Assembly: GCF_036321535.1 (NCBI RefSeq)
Contig: NC_087436.1
Coordinates: 52,082,001-52,146,000, forward strand
Length of the DNA stretch: 64,000 nucleotides
Source of the DNA: Camelus dromedarius
Taxonomy: Eukaryota
Direction: 5' to 3'
The notes beneath the pieces were generated by a model that was given only the letters and a program-made list of their open reading frames with translations, did not search any database and was not told where the DNA came from. Numbering within the stretch: position 1 is the first letter of the stretch; every line of letters starts with the position of its first letter. The position numbers and the translations under genes were made by a program. Positions 1 to 12,575 of this stretch are shown piece after piece.

Positions 1-1659
1 GGAATGGAACCAGCCAGTGGGACTGGACAGAGTTTATCTGGAGATGGGTCTTGGAGGTGGTAAAGGCAAGTCTGATTCTGTCCAAATTGAGCAGAGCTTT
101 GAATGAATTGAACTTTATTTCCTAGGTCAAAGAGAGCTACCCCTAGAGATTTTTTTTTTAGCTGAAAAGAGACTCTAGTAATCTATAATGACCACCAAAA
201 ACATCTTCCCTCCTAGGCACTTAGGGGAATTGCCATTTTGCACCCCCTTTTCTCTGTTCCTTCCAGTTTGATGGGGTCATTTAGCTGCTTCTAAGAATAG
301 TGTTGGTACTAGAATTGTTGAAGCACTTATGACCAATAAAAGTCTTTTTCCAGCTCTCTTTCTTCCCTTTGGTATGTTTGAGATAGTGGTCGCCCATATG
401 AGTAGAGCCTCCCTGCTGACCAGAGATGGATGTATAGTTTGAGCAAGACACATAAAACTTTGTAGTTTTAAGCTTAATATAGAGATTTAAAATTGAGTAG
501 TTTATTACTGCGTTAGCATCATCTATCGTACCCTGGTGGATATAGGAATGGTGTCAAGTCCTTGCTTCACAGTGACAATCCTGGTAGTATTAAGTAGGGT
601 ACTTGAAAAGAAGGGAAATCTGGAGTTGAGACCTCTTAAGAGACTGTTGATTTAATCCAGGGAAAAGTGATGGTCAGGCAGTAGCAGTAGAAATGGAAGG
701 AAGTAATGTAAGTGATAAGGTGGAGAAGGAATCATCAGAATAACTTAACAAATTAGATGGGGAGCAAGTAAAAGAGAAGAATTGAAATAGAAATGCTTAT
801 CATTTAACTTTTGAAACTTTTATCTCTGAAGAGATCACACTGATAGGTTTCCTTTATATTTTTGTGTTGTTCTCTTTAAACAATCTTTTTAAAAAAAATT
901 TTCCCAGAGCTTTGGTGATATTAAATTGATTTTTTTTTTATTTACCTACATTTACTCACAGTTTACCAAACGATTTAGACTTTCCTGTATTTTGCTTCTT
1001 TGCTGCTTTATTAATCATTTTATACTGTATGTCGTACATAATGGTTTATTTAGCAATATGTTAAGTAAAAATACTTCAGTTCTAGTGAGTTAATGGAAAA
1101 CATGATGGATCTCCACTACTCTAGCAATCCATAGCCTTATATTCTAATAGTGATAGGAACGGTTACGTAGAGAGCTGCATTCTCAAAGCAGTGTAATGTA
1201 TGTGCTGTCAATAACTGAATGAGACCAGCGGAGTAGGAGCTGGCTTCATTTAGTGAAGAGAAAGGGTGAAAGAGCTACTAAGTAAGTCAAGAGCGAAGCC
1301 AGTCTTAACCCTGTCTTCTGTCTCCACGTCGAGTGCTCTCCATACTATAAGATGCTGCCTAGAACTCCCCCAATTTTGAAACACACAGAAAGCTTAAAAT
1401 CTATCAACGGTATGAGCATAGAGTGTGGACGTATCTCCAAACAGTCAGACCTCAGAAAGACCTTATTAGCCTCTAGAATAGGCTGTTGATTATAATATTT
1501 TTGACCTTTGGATTTTTAGTAACTAGGGGTCTATTTGGAATCCTTTTACTTCCTACAAAGTCCTGATAATCTTAATCTTGCTTTCCCGGTATTTGTACAG
1601 TGAGGTTATGGTGAAAGTATGTGCATTATCACTCTACACCCCAAACTGATATGGGTAGT

Positions 1660-1895
1660 ATAGGTAGAGGTCAAGAACACAGACTCTGGAATCGGGTGGC
1701 CCGATCTCAAGTCCTGGCTCCCCCGTGAGATGCCCAATGACTTGGGAACCATTACACTGTCCCTTCTAGCCTTAGTTTATTCACTTCTGAAATGGAGTAA
1801 AAGTTGTATGTAGATGGTTACGGTGAAGTTCAAATGAGGCAATCTACTGTGGGGTTTTGCACATTGCAAACTTGATAACTTAGCTATTGTTAGAT
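1660..1895 (+). mobile_element. MIR SINE relic
   Basis: MIR-like text 'agactctggaatc...tcaagtcctggctc...ccttagtttattcacttctgaaatggag'. Confidence 0.65.
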
Positions 1896-3480
1896 AATGA
1901 TATAATGAGGGAGCTGAAATCTTAGGTGTGTTGCTGATACTGCCATTATCAACCACTTAAAGTCTAAATTATAATTTTGCAACTGTGCCTGATCATTTGT
2001 CAGTATTTGATAAATGTTTGGGGAGTAAAACTATTAGGATTGTGTTTCTCTGCTCTATTCTTAACCATTGGTTAGAGAAAATCCTGTCATTTGAGGTGCA
2101 GAGGAACACGTGATTAGGTGTTTACCTAGCACTTAACCAATGAGAGAAACACAAAGCAAAACAAAAACTGCTGTTGTTTTGTTTTTGATACTGAACTTAC
2201 AACTTCTAGCAAAACTCTTTTATTTTGGTGAATAGTTGACTTTCTCCTTTCTCTGGAGTTGAATCAACACACGATTTCAAATGCTAATAGTTATATATAA
2301 GGTAAAGAATGAAACCAATTCTTCTTATTTTCTGATTAACACCTGGTTTGTTTATAACCTGGAGACAGTGGTAATATATCAAAAAGCAATGTTTTCAAAA
2401 TAGATAAATAATGTAAAAAAGTGTGTAAAGCCAAAGTCCTTTTGTTTAACCTGCATGGTATGTAGCTTGGTCGTAGTTACTCGTGTTGCTATGAGAGTAT
2501 GATATGTGCCATGTGTAACGGAAGATCATGTGTTACACATACTGAGTGCCCCCCAAAAGTTACAATTATTCCTAACTCAGTTTTATCTAATTTTTACCTT
2601 AAACAATTTATTTAGAGTTTAGCAGTTTATTTTATGTATGCTCATGGTTCCAGAGATATAAAATTGCTGCGTTCTCAATAGAAATATTTTTAAATTGCCA
2701 ATTTTTGAAAATGCAATTTTTCATCACTTTTTAAAATACAATAGGAAATGTCAACGAGAGACACATTTTTAAAATTTCTTTATTATCTAATGTGGTGTAT
2801 TAGTAAAAAAATTTTTTTTGAACCATTGCTATGATAGGTTGCTTTTTTTTAAAAAAAAAAATCTGATTCTATTATGCTTAAAAAAATTTTTTTTTCTCTA
2901 ACTTAGAATTTGTTAACAGGATAATCTTGAGAGAGCCACCAGCTTTACGCCTTTTAACAAGTAAATATATAGAATTTAAATAGTCTCAGTGAGACCTTTG
3001 GGAGAACGATCCCCCCAGCCTGTCACAGAGACTTACCCTTCTCGTCCTTTCGTGGGTCTGAGGACGCACCTCCCATCTAAGGTAGAAGACAGGTCCAGGC
3101 ACCAGGCTCCTTGGGACCACATAAAGTGCTGTCAAAATCCAAACAGGTAGCAGTCCAGCTGCTTATGTATTACCTTTAAAATGTGTATGCTAATTTGATT
3201 GGGACCGAAAGTAAATGATTCATTCTGCCATATGAACAGGATATCAAGAGATTGGTATCTCTAAGGAATCTGTTATTTGTAAGTATAAAAAATAAATTCT
3301 GGTAATGTTTCATTCCATGATATCAGAAAGTCCTGTGTTTAGAAAGATAAATTAGCTCTCACAATCAAGACATTTAATAAATTAATAGACAGCCTTACCA
3401 GGGCAACTGACTTAAATATTTAGAAATAATTCTACATGAAAAAAATCTCATATTGAGGAACTATAAAGTGTTACAAATTG

Positions 3481-3775
3481 TGTTGTGGAATGAATGTTTA
3501 TACCCACCCACCCCCCATTTATATGTTGAAGCTCTAATACCCAACATGATAGTATTTGGAGATGGCGCCTTTGGGAGGTAATTAGAGTTAGATGAGATCA
3601 TGAGGATGAGGCCCTTGTAATGGGATTAGTGGCCTTATAAGAAGAGCCAGGTACCAAATTAGCTGGTACCATGATCTTAGACTTCCAGACACCAGAGCGC
3701 TAAAACATAAATCTCTGTTGTTTAAGCCACACAGTCTATGGTATTTTGTTATGGAAGTCCGTGCCAACCAAGTCA
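3481..3775 (+). mobile_element. MaLR solo LTR (MLT1A/B-like), internally deleted
   Basis: TG...CA ends; typical 'tatgttgaagctctaatacccaa', 'gggattagtggccttataagaagag' and 'gtttaagccacacagtctatggtattttgttatgg'. Confidence 0.8.
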
Positions 3776-4974
3776 GATTGTACATGGGAATACTTACCCT
3801 GATATAGTTACTGAAAACTATGCCTTTAATTTGAGGGGTCAGATAATTCGTAAATCAGACTCATTCTTCCTAGTTCTTGTTTTTATGTCATATCTAGCTC
3901 AAAGGGAATATTTTTTCCCAGCTACATTTTTAAAATTCTATACAACCTGTTTTTTTTAATATCATGATGAGATTTAACTCAATCATATTATTGCTTTTGA
4001 TATATCCTAAGGAAAAAAGTGGTTCTTCTGTTTATATTTTTTGATGAGGGAGTTGAGGTAAACATTTTAAGAAGGGATTAGTATTGCCTGCCATATGCCC
4101 CAAACCAGTGAAATTACCTGACTTTGTTTATTTCAGGCAGAAACATGGACCTTAGTAGAAGACATCAAGTCACTTAATTGAGTAGATTTTGAAAACATAC
4201 ATCTGCTGTCACAATGACTAGAGATCTGTGGCAGCTTGAAAAGATAATTCAGTTCATTTTAATCTTGTGGTTTTTAAACTGATAAATACTAGCCATTTAA
4301 TGGCACCAGCTGTTATTAACCACAGTGGAAAAGCAGTATAATGTGTGTATGTGTGACTTGAACCTCTAAATTTCTGTGTGTACGTGGGTGTGGGTGTGTG
4401 GGTTTAGGGTATGAATGAAGTATGGGAGACTAACTGAAAGAAAAAAAGGTGGCAATTGTAGCAAATGAATTGTGTGTATTACACTTTTATAAAGAATAGC
4501 TCTTGGAAAGCATCCATGTTGGTCCAATTTCAAGTAGCAAAGGTAATAATATCTGTGAATTACCTGTATGCCAACATTCTTGTATTATATTTCAATGGAC
4601 TCAGCTTTTTCTCCTCAGTGTAATAGGAACTCTATGTCTTTTTTTAGTGAGTGGCCTTTGATATTCTCAGATAAAAGGCATCCTTCTGAATTCTTTGATC
4701 ATACACTGCAGCAAGCCAGGAAACTCTCACTCATGGCATCTTTGAAAAATGCTCATATTCTTCAAGTTCATTTTAAATTATTTAATAATACAGTGACATT
4801 TTTACAGAGTGTACAGTAAATTAAGCCAGAATTTAATTGCATGCTTCAAAGAAGAATTGAGGAAATGGGAAGTTATTGACTAGAAAAGAAAAACCCTAAA
4901 CTCTAAATCCAGCACCTTATCAGGTTTCGATTATTCACTAGATTTATTTAATAGCAGAGAATCCCATGGGAATA

Positions 4975-5195
4975 GCCTCGACTTTGGAAGAAATCTGGGT
5001 TCAAGTCTTAGCTCTACCACTTAGTAGCTGCGTACTCCGTACCAATTATTTAACTTTTCTCTGCTGTTGTCTCCTAATCTGAAAAGTGGGCATAAAAATA
5101 GTGCCTATTTCCCAGAAGGGTGTTGTACAAATTAAATGAGATACTAAATGAAAAGCACAGTGCCTGGCAGATAGTAAATACATAATAAAATGTGA
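4975..5195 (+). mobile_element. MIR SINE relic
   Basis: 'ctgggttcaagtcttagctctaccacttagtagctg...attaaatgagata...cacagtgcctggc'. Confidence 0.75.
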
Positions 5196-5980
5196 TTCTT
5201 TCACTGATTTTGATAACTGATTCTGATGCTTCCTAACTGTACGTTTGGAACCACTTTACTTAGGTCATCCTTTGTAAACAGAGGTTAGCACTGACCTTCA
5301 GGTTGTTGTGAGAATTAGGACTGACAGTGCATTGCCTGACATGCAGAAACACGTGGTAAAGGGTAGCTCTCCTGCAGAGTCCTACCCAGTCTCTGTTACT
5401 CTTTGAGGTGATTTTGAGTAAATCAGAAGAGATGAATTTTATGCCCTTAGGAATTTTGTAAAGTAGCAGAGCCTAAAACAGAGAAAACACAGGTATATAT
5501 TTATAGGTTAGAATATTTCAGCTTTAAACATAAATGACGAAAACCTTCATAAATTTGCATTCTCCTAAATTTGGATTCCTGATACTTCAGTCTGGACCAT
5601 GCTAAAGGTTACTTTGAAAATGTCTGTGAATAAAGGGTTTATTAAACTAAGTAAAATATGAAACATAGTTCAAAGGGAGATGATTGGCATTTAACATAAT
5701 AGCTTGGAAACAAAGTGATTTTATGTCATCATTAAAGCCAGGACTTTCACATATTTTTTTTTTATAGTTTGCAGCAATGTGTGAACTTCAAACCAGTAGC
5801 ATAATATTACTTTTAAAATATTCTATAATTTTCCACTTATTTATGTGGATGTTCCTACAGTTTGGATAAATAATGTTTTCCAACAACACTTACTATTAAA
5901 TTTATAATTAAAATTAAAGAAATGACTAATTCAGAAATTTAAATTCCTTAAGAAGTTTTTTCCTAAACATTATGTATATA

Positions 5981-6223
5981 ACAGCGTTTTTCAAAATGTG
6001 TATCACAATCTATGAGACATGAAATCAATTTATTGTTATTGATCCAGTATGTTTTAATTTATTGCAAAAGACTTGAATAAGAAAGAAAATATCAGAGTTT
6101 ATCATACGAAATAAGGAGAAGGACTCAACATTTTTGTTTATTTGCACATTTGTATATTTATAATGGCTTATAATGCAAAATTTCTAACTTTGGTTTATGA
6201 TCAAATAATTTTAAAAAACACTG
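5981..6223. mobile_element. hAT/Charlie-type non-autonomous DNA transposon relic
   Basis: Degenerate terminal inverted repeats, cagcgtttttcaaaat ... tttaaaaaacactg. Confidence 0.5.
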
Positions 6224-6359
6224 CCTGCAGCACAGAACCTTGCACAGAATTTCCATTGTTCAGAGAGATGTAATAAGGAAATACCGTGAAAGAAATTTCT
6301 TTAAGCATGAATAGGCAACCTCAGGGAATATCTAGTAGATTAAAGTGGGCTAATTAAAA

Positions 6360-7490
6360 TATTCATTCTTCTATTTAGTTTGGAAATATTTATCGAGCAT
6401 TTACATTTCTAGGATCAATAGGCACAGAACTGATAAATATCTAGCCTCTGCCCTAAATAATGTCAGAGTCTACTAGAGGATCCAGATACTGAAATAAACC
6501 TATTATGAAACATATGATAAGTGTAAAACAAGAGCTATTTGCGAAGGATAGAGGCTGCAAAATGAGTAACTCTATGGATACAACAAGTCAAGAGGCAGCA
6601 ACTTCTGATCTATGTTTTAAAAGACACATAGGAGCTTGTCTGGCACCTAGGTGTAGAGAGGGCATTCTAGACATAGCAACAGTGTGGTCCAAGGAGCAGA
6701 GGGATGTTTTCCCTTGGTATGTTTGGAAAACTGTTAGGGCTGAGGGCGGGTGCTGAGAGAGATTGAAGAGTTTGGAGGGGGATGTCTCATACACTAGGAA
6801 TAAGTAGTGCAAATTTCATAATATACAGACATTCCAGAGGATGTTTAAGTAGGGAAAAGACTTGCTTGTGTGTGGCTTGTTACTATTATGTTTTATTCAC
6901 TTGGACATCATTCTGAAGGTAGCACTGGAAGGAGAAAGGCCAAAGGCAGAAAGACAAACTGAGACATCATTATGGTGGTCCAGACAAGGAACTGAATCGA
7001 GACAGAGGCAGCAACAGCACTGGTAGAAATGATGGGATTTAATTAAATATTTAAGACTTGGTGTCGAGAAGGAAGTGATGGGTAGAAAGAGAAATCTGGG
7101 AGGGTTTCCAGCTCTCTGGTTTATGTGACTGGGTAGTTGGCGACACCACCATTCTAGATCATCTCTGCAGGGACAGGTTTCTATGAAAATCCAGTGGGTC
7201 CGTTTTAGACAGACTGCAAGTGAGTATTTTATGGAACACCCAAGCACAGTCACCCCGGTAGCTGCTGTGTATGCATTTCTTGAGAGTGCAGCTGGGAGGT
7301 CTGGGTTAGGGTTGCTGCTCTGGATTATCATTGTGCGGGCAGTTGTAAAATCATGAGATTACTAAGGGACAGCTAGTAGAAGGGTCATAACAACGCTAGT
7401 AGAGGGATAATGACTACGTTTAAGGGACAATCACAGGAAGAGGGGCCACAGAGAAGACTGAGAAATTATAGCCAGAAAATAAGTGGAGAA
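6360..7490 (-). mobile_element. L2 LINE fragments
   Basis: 'attcattc...atatttatcgagcattt' L2 3' end on the reverse strand, followed by purine-rich L2-like text. Confidence 0.55.
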
Positions 7491-7491
7491 C

Positions 7492-7854
7492 TGCTGTAAA
7501 CTGCAGGTTTGGGTCCCCACCCTCCGAATTTCGTATGCTGAAATCTAATGCCCAATATGATGGATTTGAAATGGGGTCATTGGGAGGGTGGAAACCTCAT
7601 GAATGGGGTTAGGGCCCCTATCAAAGAGATGTCAGAGAGTTCTCGTGCTCCTGCTGCCGAGTGAGGGCACAGCAGGAACATGGCAGGAGCCCTTCTGACT
7701 TATCCCTCCACCGACACTGAATCTGCCAGTGACTTGAACTTTCCAATGCCTTGATCTTGGACTTCCCAGCCTCCAGAACTGAGAAATAAATTTCTGTCAT
7801 ATAAGTCACTCAGTCATGGATATTCTGTTATAGCAACCCAGATGGACTAAGACA
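7492..7854 (+). mobile_element. MaLR solo LTR (MLT1A-like)
   Basis: 'ccttgatcttggacttcccagcctccagaactgagaaataaatttctg...ttatagcaacccagatggactaagaca'. Confidence 0.85.
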
Positions 7855-7888
7855 AAAATCCAGAAGGAGTGTTCTCTCCTCCTCTACT

Positions 7889-7982
7889 GGGGGAAAAGAA
7901 CTAGCTCAGTGTTAGAGTGCATGCTTAACATACAAGAGGTCCGGGTTCAATCCCCAATACCGCCATTAATAAAAAAAAAAAA
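7889..7982 (+). mobile_element. tRNA-derived SINE (camelid Vic-1-like)
   Basis: A-box 'tagctcagtgttag', B-box 'gggttcaatccc' and poly(A) tail; homologous to the copy at 14353. Confidence 0.85.
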
Positions 7983-8733
7983 GTGCTGTTAAAACAAAAC
8001 AAAACAGCTTATGAACCTAGAAACCGCTATCCATTGAAACCATCCCTAATAAATGAAGGCAACGTTTTAAAAAATTTTAAATTAAAGAAAAACTTCTCCT
8101 TCCCCCTACAATAGTATTAGTGGAAGTTGAGGAAAAGAGGACTCAAGAATGCCTGCTGGGTTTGACAGTTAGGAAGTAACTGATGCTTGCTGTCCATAGA
8201 AAGGGAGTAGAGTGGCTGGGGACAAGGACATTCCTGTTAAAGTGAGCCGGAGTTCGAGTGATTGGAGCAGAGAAGGGAAGGCACGCAGCATAGACCACCG
8301 TGCAGGTGGCTTGACTGAGAAGAGATGCATGTCAGTAGCATGAGAGGATTAGATCAAGGGAAGACTTTCACCATGGAAGAGACTCAGGTGTTTCTAGGTA
8401 AAGGGAAAGAGACCAGTAGAAAGTAAGTCAGAAATATGTGAGACAGAGGAAATCACTGATGACAGAGCATGACCCTTGAGAAATTAGGCATAGAAACACT
8501 GGAGGATTCATTGGCTTTAGGTGGAAATCAAGACCTTCTGAGGCCAGAGGGAAAGAAAAAAATTGTGGGTGAAGATGGAAAGGCTGAGAAGAGTCAGAGA
8601 GCAGAGACTGTGGCTCCCAGCCCTTTTCCTTTATTTAGTTGTGAGATAGAAACTGAATGGTGTGCTGAGAATGAAGACTTAAAGGAGGCCAAGTCACCTG
8701 GAGACAGCATAGACCTCCTGAAAGAGTGGCTGG

Positions 8734-8928
8734 TATCTCGTAGTAACCTATAATGAAAAAGAATATGAAAACTAATATATGTATATATATGTACGACTGA
8801 ACTATTACACTGTACACCAGAAATTGACACAACATTGTAAACTGACTATACTTCAATTAAAAAAGAAGTTTACATAACATCAAGATAGCAATAAACAATC
8901 AAAAAAAAAAAAAAAAAAAAAAGAAAAA
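8734..8928 (+). mobile_element. 5'-truncated lineage-specific L1 3' end with target-site duplication
   Basis: L1 3'UTR '...gtagtaacctataatgaaaaagaatatg...ctgactatacttcaat', long poly(A), and a perfect 13-bp TSD AAAGAGTGGCTGG at 8721-8733 and 8929-8941. Confidence 0.9.
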
Positions 8929-9839
8929 AAAGAGTGGCTGGGAAGGAGGTGACCTGAGGCAAAGTAAAAAGGAGAGCAAGATCAGTACGGGGGCCAAGAC
9001 ATGTAGCCCAAGGGGTCTTGCTCAGCCAGCTTCATGGCCGCCCACCGCACCTCCCCAGCTATGTATGGTGGGGGCCACCTGACTGAAGTCTGTTCTAGTG
9101 TAAGTTCCAGTACCTGAATGCATTATGAAAGTTCTTCTTAACGATGTTTTACTTAGTTTTTTTAAAGGTAGGGGGAGGGGAGGAGGGACTGTGAAGCTTA
9201 AAGGAGCTTACAGTGTACTCAGTACAGCGCTGGCCCCTAATGGAGGCTCAGTGAGTGGTGGGTATTATTATCATTATTGCTGTTGTTACTCATTATGAAA
9301 TCTGTAGTGTGTGGACTGTGCTTAGCTTTCTCCTTTCTCCCTGTCTTGAATGTTCAGATGACATCACTGTTTTCCTATCATTTCCAACTCCCTAACCAGC
9401 TCCACATGGTATATCAGAATCAGGGAGAGAGTAATAGCCTGTTTCTCAAGCTCTCTGGGGTGACATTTATAGCCAGTCACATTTAGTATCATTCAATCCT
9501 TTGTTTCTAGGCCAATACTTACAAAGGTAATCAAGTAGATGAAGCCTCCCATTTCTGGTATATTTTGCTTCTGTGTTAATTTTGTGATCAGTGCCTTGAA
9601 TGTAATATCCATTTTCTTTACCTGACCAGATAATTTATAGGCAACCACAATAACTTTTTTTTTTACTTAAGTCCTCACTGCCAGATTCTAAAATGATGAC
9701 GTTTCGTGCTTTCTCTAATCATCTTTCACTGGCACACTACCACTATTACTGCACCACAGCTAGTGAGCTCTATGAGATTAGTTACTACTTTGTGTTATAA
9801 CTGCAGATTCAGCCTTTGATCACCCATCCTCTAATTTCA

Positions 9840-10345
9840 CTCGTTCATTCAAGAACATTTTGAGCCACTCACTAAGCAATATGTTGGAATACAGCAGTGA
9901 ACAAAACAGAGTCTCTGTCCTCTGGAAACTGTGTTTTAGACAAACAAACTGATAGATAAGTTTAAAAAATATGTAATATGTACTGTTGTAACAAGTGCTA
10001 TGCAGAAGACTAAGGGAGGGTAAGGGATGGAATGTGTCTCCTAGGGAATGTGAGATAGAGGATCAGGGAAGGTGTCTCTGAGAAGGTGGCAGGTCAGCAG
10101 TGTACTGAATAAGAGAGGAGAGAAGAGCACATGTTTAGGAAAGAATTCTCCAGGCAGAGGAATAGCAAGTGCAAAGGCCCTGAGGTAGGAGTTGGCCTGC
10201 TCTTCTTCGGAAAGCAAAGCCAGTGTAGCTGAAGCAAAGTTAGTGCCCAGGAGAAAGGGAAGCTGAGGTTAGAGAAGGCGCTGCTTCCAGCAGAATGTTT
10301 AGAGCCTTGGCTTTTCCTCAGTTCAAATAGGATGCCACAGGGTTT
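9840..10345 (-). mobile_element. L2 LINE 3' fragment
   Basis: 'tcattcaagaacattttgagcc...cagtgaacaaaacagagtctctg...ccaggcagaggaatagcaagtgcaaaggccctgagg'. Confidence 0.8.
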
Positions 10346-12339
10346 TGAGCAGAGAAGTAAAATACAGGTCTGAAGACATCTTGAGGTTTTAGTATTTCTG
10401 TCCTCATTATGTTGTAGCCTCTTTCCTGAATCACGAACAACTAATCAAAATTACTGATTATTCTATGAAAACATTCTACAAGGTAATGCTGTTTCCAGCA
10501 TAGGCAGTTCAAAGTCAAATCCTGAAGTCTATCCACTTTTATTTACTTCATGTGAGTAAAATGCTAGAAACAGATATTTCTGTTAAATTTAATTGCATGT
10601 TTTAAGAAATGTGTCTGTGAATCGAGACAGACCCATAACTCCTGTGCTTTGCACACTTAAGTGGGATGCTTTGAGAACCACGAACTGTCTATGTAATAAT
10701 TCTGGCATCATTGCTTTTTTTGTCCATACTACAGTGTTTACAGATACATCTGACTTTTACTCAAAGTGACATTAAAGGAAAAGGCAGCTTGAATTATTTT
10801 CTTCCCAAATAAAAGCAAAAATCAGAGCACATTTTTCATGTTATTCTGAATCACATAGTTAATGCATCTTATCTAGAGAAGGCAATGCTGAAAAGGGGAA
10901 AAAGAGGGAAAAGGAAAGTGTTCTCAGCGTCTAATAGTATGTGATTAATGTTCTACGCACCACTGAGGAGACCTGCTCCAGCTGCCAGTGGATACCTGTC
11001 ATTAACGTGACCAGGTATCCATGGGGCATGTGTTTGTCTGCTGACATCTGTGTCTTGAAAGGGTGGTATTTTGCAAATGAGAAGATTATTAAGTCATTAG
11101 TACTGAATCCTGTGCTCAGAACTCAGCATAGATATACATTAAGATCAAAGTTAATCTGAAAAGTAAATTGCAAAGGGAAGTATAGCGCTGAGATCCAACT
11201 CACTGAAGGTAAATGCACATTTTTATCAGTAATCTCCTTCAGCAAACTGAGATAGAATGAGGATAGAATAATTATCAGTTACCTTTTTGAAAACTGTTAT
11301 GTAAATACATACATACATACATAGCTTGGAATAGGGAATTCTTACTCTGATCTTTCACTTCTAGTCAGAAATCTGGGTTAGTAAAGTATGAAAGTACCAT
11401 ACAGCGTTCATTGGAAAAGCAATGCAAAAGACATTAATTTGTGACAAAAACCTAGAACTATATAGTAATGTCATTTTGCCAGAAAGCTCAAAAATACCAT
11501 AAGAGAAAATGAAATTTTAAAGACTTAACAGAATTAATTGTACTGTCTTATTTGTGTTAGCATATCTTTTCAAGTAATAGGAGTTGGCACACGTTTAAAC
11601 TCAAAGCCAGTAGAAAACGGAATGAAATTTCTCAAAGCCTTATATTTTATTTGCTAAGTAGTTATAGAACAAAAACTCCAAATCTGCTTTGGGTAAGGCT
11701 CCGTTCCACTCTGTAAAAACATCAGAACTCTCTCCAGTTCACTTCTTTCTTGGTTGATACCTAAAGCACAGTTTATACATTTGCCATGTTCTTTGTGGGG
11801 ATCAAGCAAATACTACTGAGCTCCCACAGTGGGTGGATGAGGGGCATGATACTGGGTTCTGGAGAGAACTCAGGAAGACTGTCTTTGTCCTCTAATTGCC
11901 TAATCAAATTTGGGACGTGTGAACACCACTGTACCAGAGATTAAAAGTCCTGGGCCTGACCCTGGCAGTGACTAGCCAGAACACCTTTAACAGGTCATCT
12001 AAACCTGAGACTTACTTTCCACCTTTATAAAATACTTTGACTGCTTCCTGTGAAAGCTTCCTTTAAAAATGTTTTTCATATGTCATATTTTCATATCTTT
12101 TCATATCATTTTCCTGTTATTATTTCATTTCAATTTTACGTATTTTAATATGAAATTATTACCATATAAGGCTACATATGTAACTTTATTACTATGTATA
12201 AAGTTGTATATGTACCCTTATGTGTAATTGTATATAAATACATTTGTATTTACTACAAGTACAGAATAAGTGGTAGACAAAGCAAGCCTGGTAAGATTCA
12301 AGACAAGTGAGAGTGCAGAGTGGAAAGCTTTTGTAGGGT

Positions 12340-12575
12340 AATAGTTACCATTTATATGCATTAACTATATGTCAGATAGTGTGTGGAGTGATTAAATATA
12401 ATATCACACAGTAAGCCAGTGAGTAGGTGTCTCACCCCCATCTTAGAGATGAGAACTCTGACGTCCACTGGGGTTTAGGTACTTATCCAAAAGTTATGCA
12501 TTTAATGGCGGTAAAGCCAAAATTTGATTCAGGCCTGATAAATGCTAAAGCTCACATGCTTAACTCCAACACCAG
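12340..12575 (-). mobile_element. MIR SINE relic
   Basis: 'ccccatcttagagatgagaactctga...ggtttaggtacttatccaaa', the reverse MIR core. Confidence 0.65.

Noticed and set aside
6897..7331. 144-aa minus-strand ORF
   Set aside because: Lies in decayed L2-like sequence with no credible protein motif.
7889..7965. tRNA-like sequence (also 14353-14430)
   Set aside because: A and B boxes are present, but there is no clean cloverleaf; poly(A) tails, a TSD and two diverged copies indicate a tRNA-derived SINE.
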